Shown here: positions 63,843-64,000 of the stretch, piece by piece
Layout: every line of letters starts with the position of its first letter
Numbering within the stretch: position 1 is the first letter of the stretch
NCBI GenBank assembly: GCA_944358895.1
Contig: CALVSB010000002.1
Coordinates: forward strand, 2,969-66,968
Length of the DNA stretch: 64,000 bases
Direction: 5' to 3'
From: an uncultured Bacilli bacterium
Lineage (GTDB): Bacteria > Bacillota_I > Bacilli_A > RFN20 > CAG-826
Position numbers and translations under genes: made by a program
The notes under the pieces: model-generated
The model's input: the letters and a program-made list of their open reading frames with translations, nothing else
Database searches by the model: none
Told to the model about the DNA's origin: nothing

Positions 63843-64000
63843 GGGTTTCCTTTCTGCTCGCCTTCGATCGCTTCCATGTAAAGCGAGACGAGCTTTCGCC
63901 CCAGGACGGCGAGCGAATTCTTCCGTGCGAGGCGGTACGCCTCGATTATAGTCGGCTGTCCCTTGCCCTGCGCAAGAGATTCGACGGCTTTGGCCAGCCG
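63839..64000 (-). CDS. C-terminal 53 codons of an unidentified protein (gene enters from the right edge)
   Basis: Minus frame reads ...RLAKAVESLAQGKGQPTIIEAYRLARKNSLAVLGRKLVSLYMEAIEGEQKGNP. It ends in a TGA that overlaps the serS ATG (ATGA). Confidence 0.4.
   Translation of the reverse strand, partial: RLAKAVESLAQGKGQPTIIEAYRLARKNSLAVLGRKLVSLYMEAIEGEQKGNP

Noticed and set aside
1-64000. CRISPR arrays, rRNA or tRNA genes, integrases or intact transposases.
   Set aside because: No regularly spaced direct repeats, no GGTTCGAATCC-type T-arm motifs in intergenic regions, and no recombinase or transposase-length ORF with recognisable motifs was seen. This was a by-eye scan only, so small elements could be missed.

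Overview
GC-rich bacterial chromosomal segment, about 55 genes, mostly on the minus strand. Several features look like a Mollicutes-like or other wall-reduced Bacillota lineage, though TGA is a stop codon. These are a ClpB without its N-domain behind a CIRCE operator, a minimal SRP RNA of about 77 nt, Opp ATPases with long coiled-coil insertions, and many lipoproteins with Ser/Thr/Glu-rich linkers. All identifications come from reading motifs in the supplied translations and the DNA by eye; no searches, alignments or folding were run. Left third (1-11.6 kb): an oppABCDF peptide-import operon extended by a membrane protein and an M6-type metalloprotease lipoprotein. 11.7-28.6 kb: an accessory island of surface proteins. 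It holds a second M6 lipoprotein, five further lipoproteins, a 1142-aa mosaic secreted protein, a 550-bp non-coding gap between convergent terminators, and a PIN-domain protein with a long basic disordered tail. 28.8-43.4 kb: small acidic ORF plus membrane-anchored XRE regulator, esterase, clpB, a tightly packed hypB / 948-aa Fe-S flavoprotein / hypA unit, a TPP riboswitch driving an extended ThiT, an IS-like remnant, a GH13 amylase, a MATE pump and an HTH protein with a degenerate Fic-like domain. Right third: housekeeping genes (rumA-type methyltransferase, metG, rpmE, tldD/pmbA, tadA, SRP RNA, serS). These are interspersed with an orphan AbiEi-like gene and a tadA / fused ABC-FtsX / P-type ATPase / psuG / TetR overlapping operon. 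The best candidate for an undescribed system is the hypB-oxidoreductase-hypA unit, which has no Ni-enzyme partner in the window. Next come the proteolysis/peptide-uptake surface island, the PIN module and the unexplained 550-bp non-coding region. No CRISPR array, rRNA, tRNA or intact mobile element was seen.
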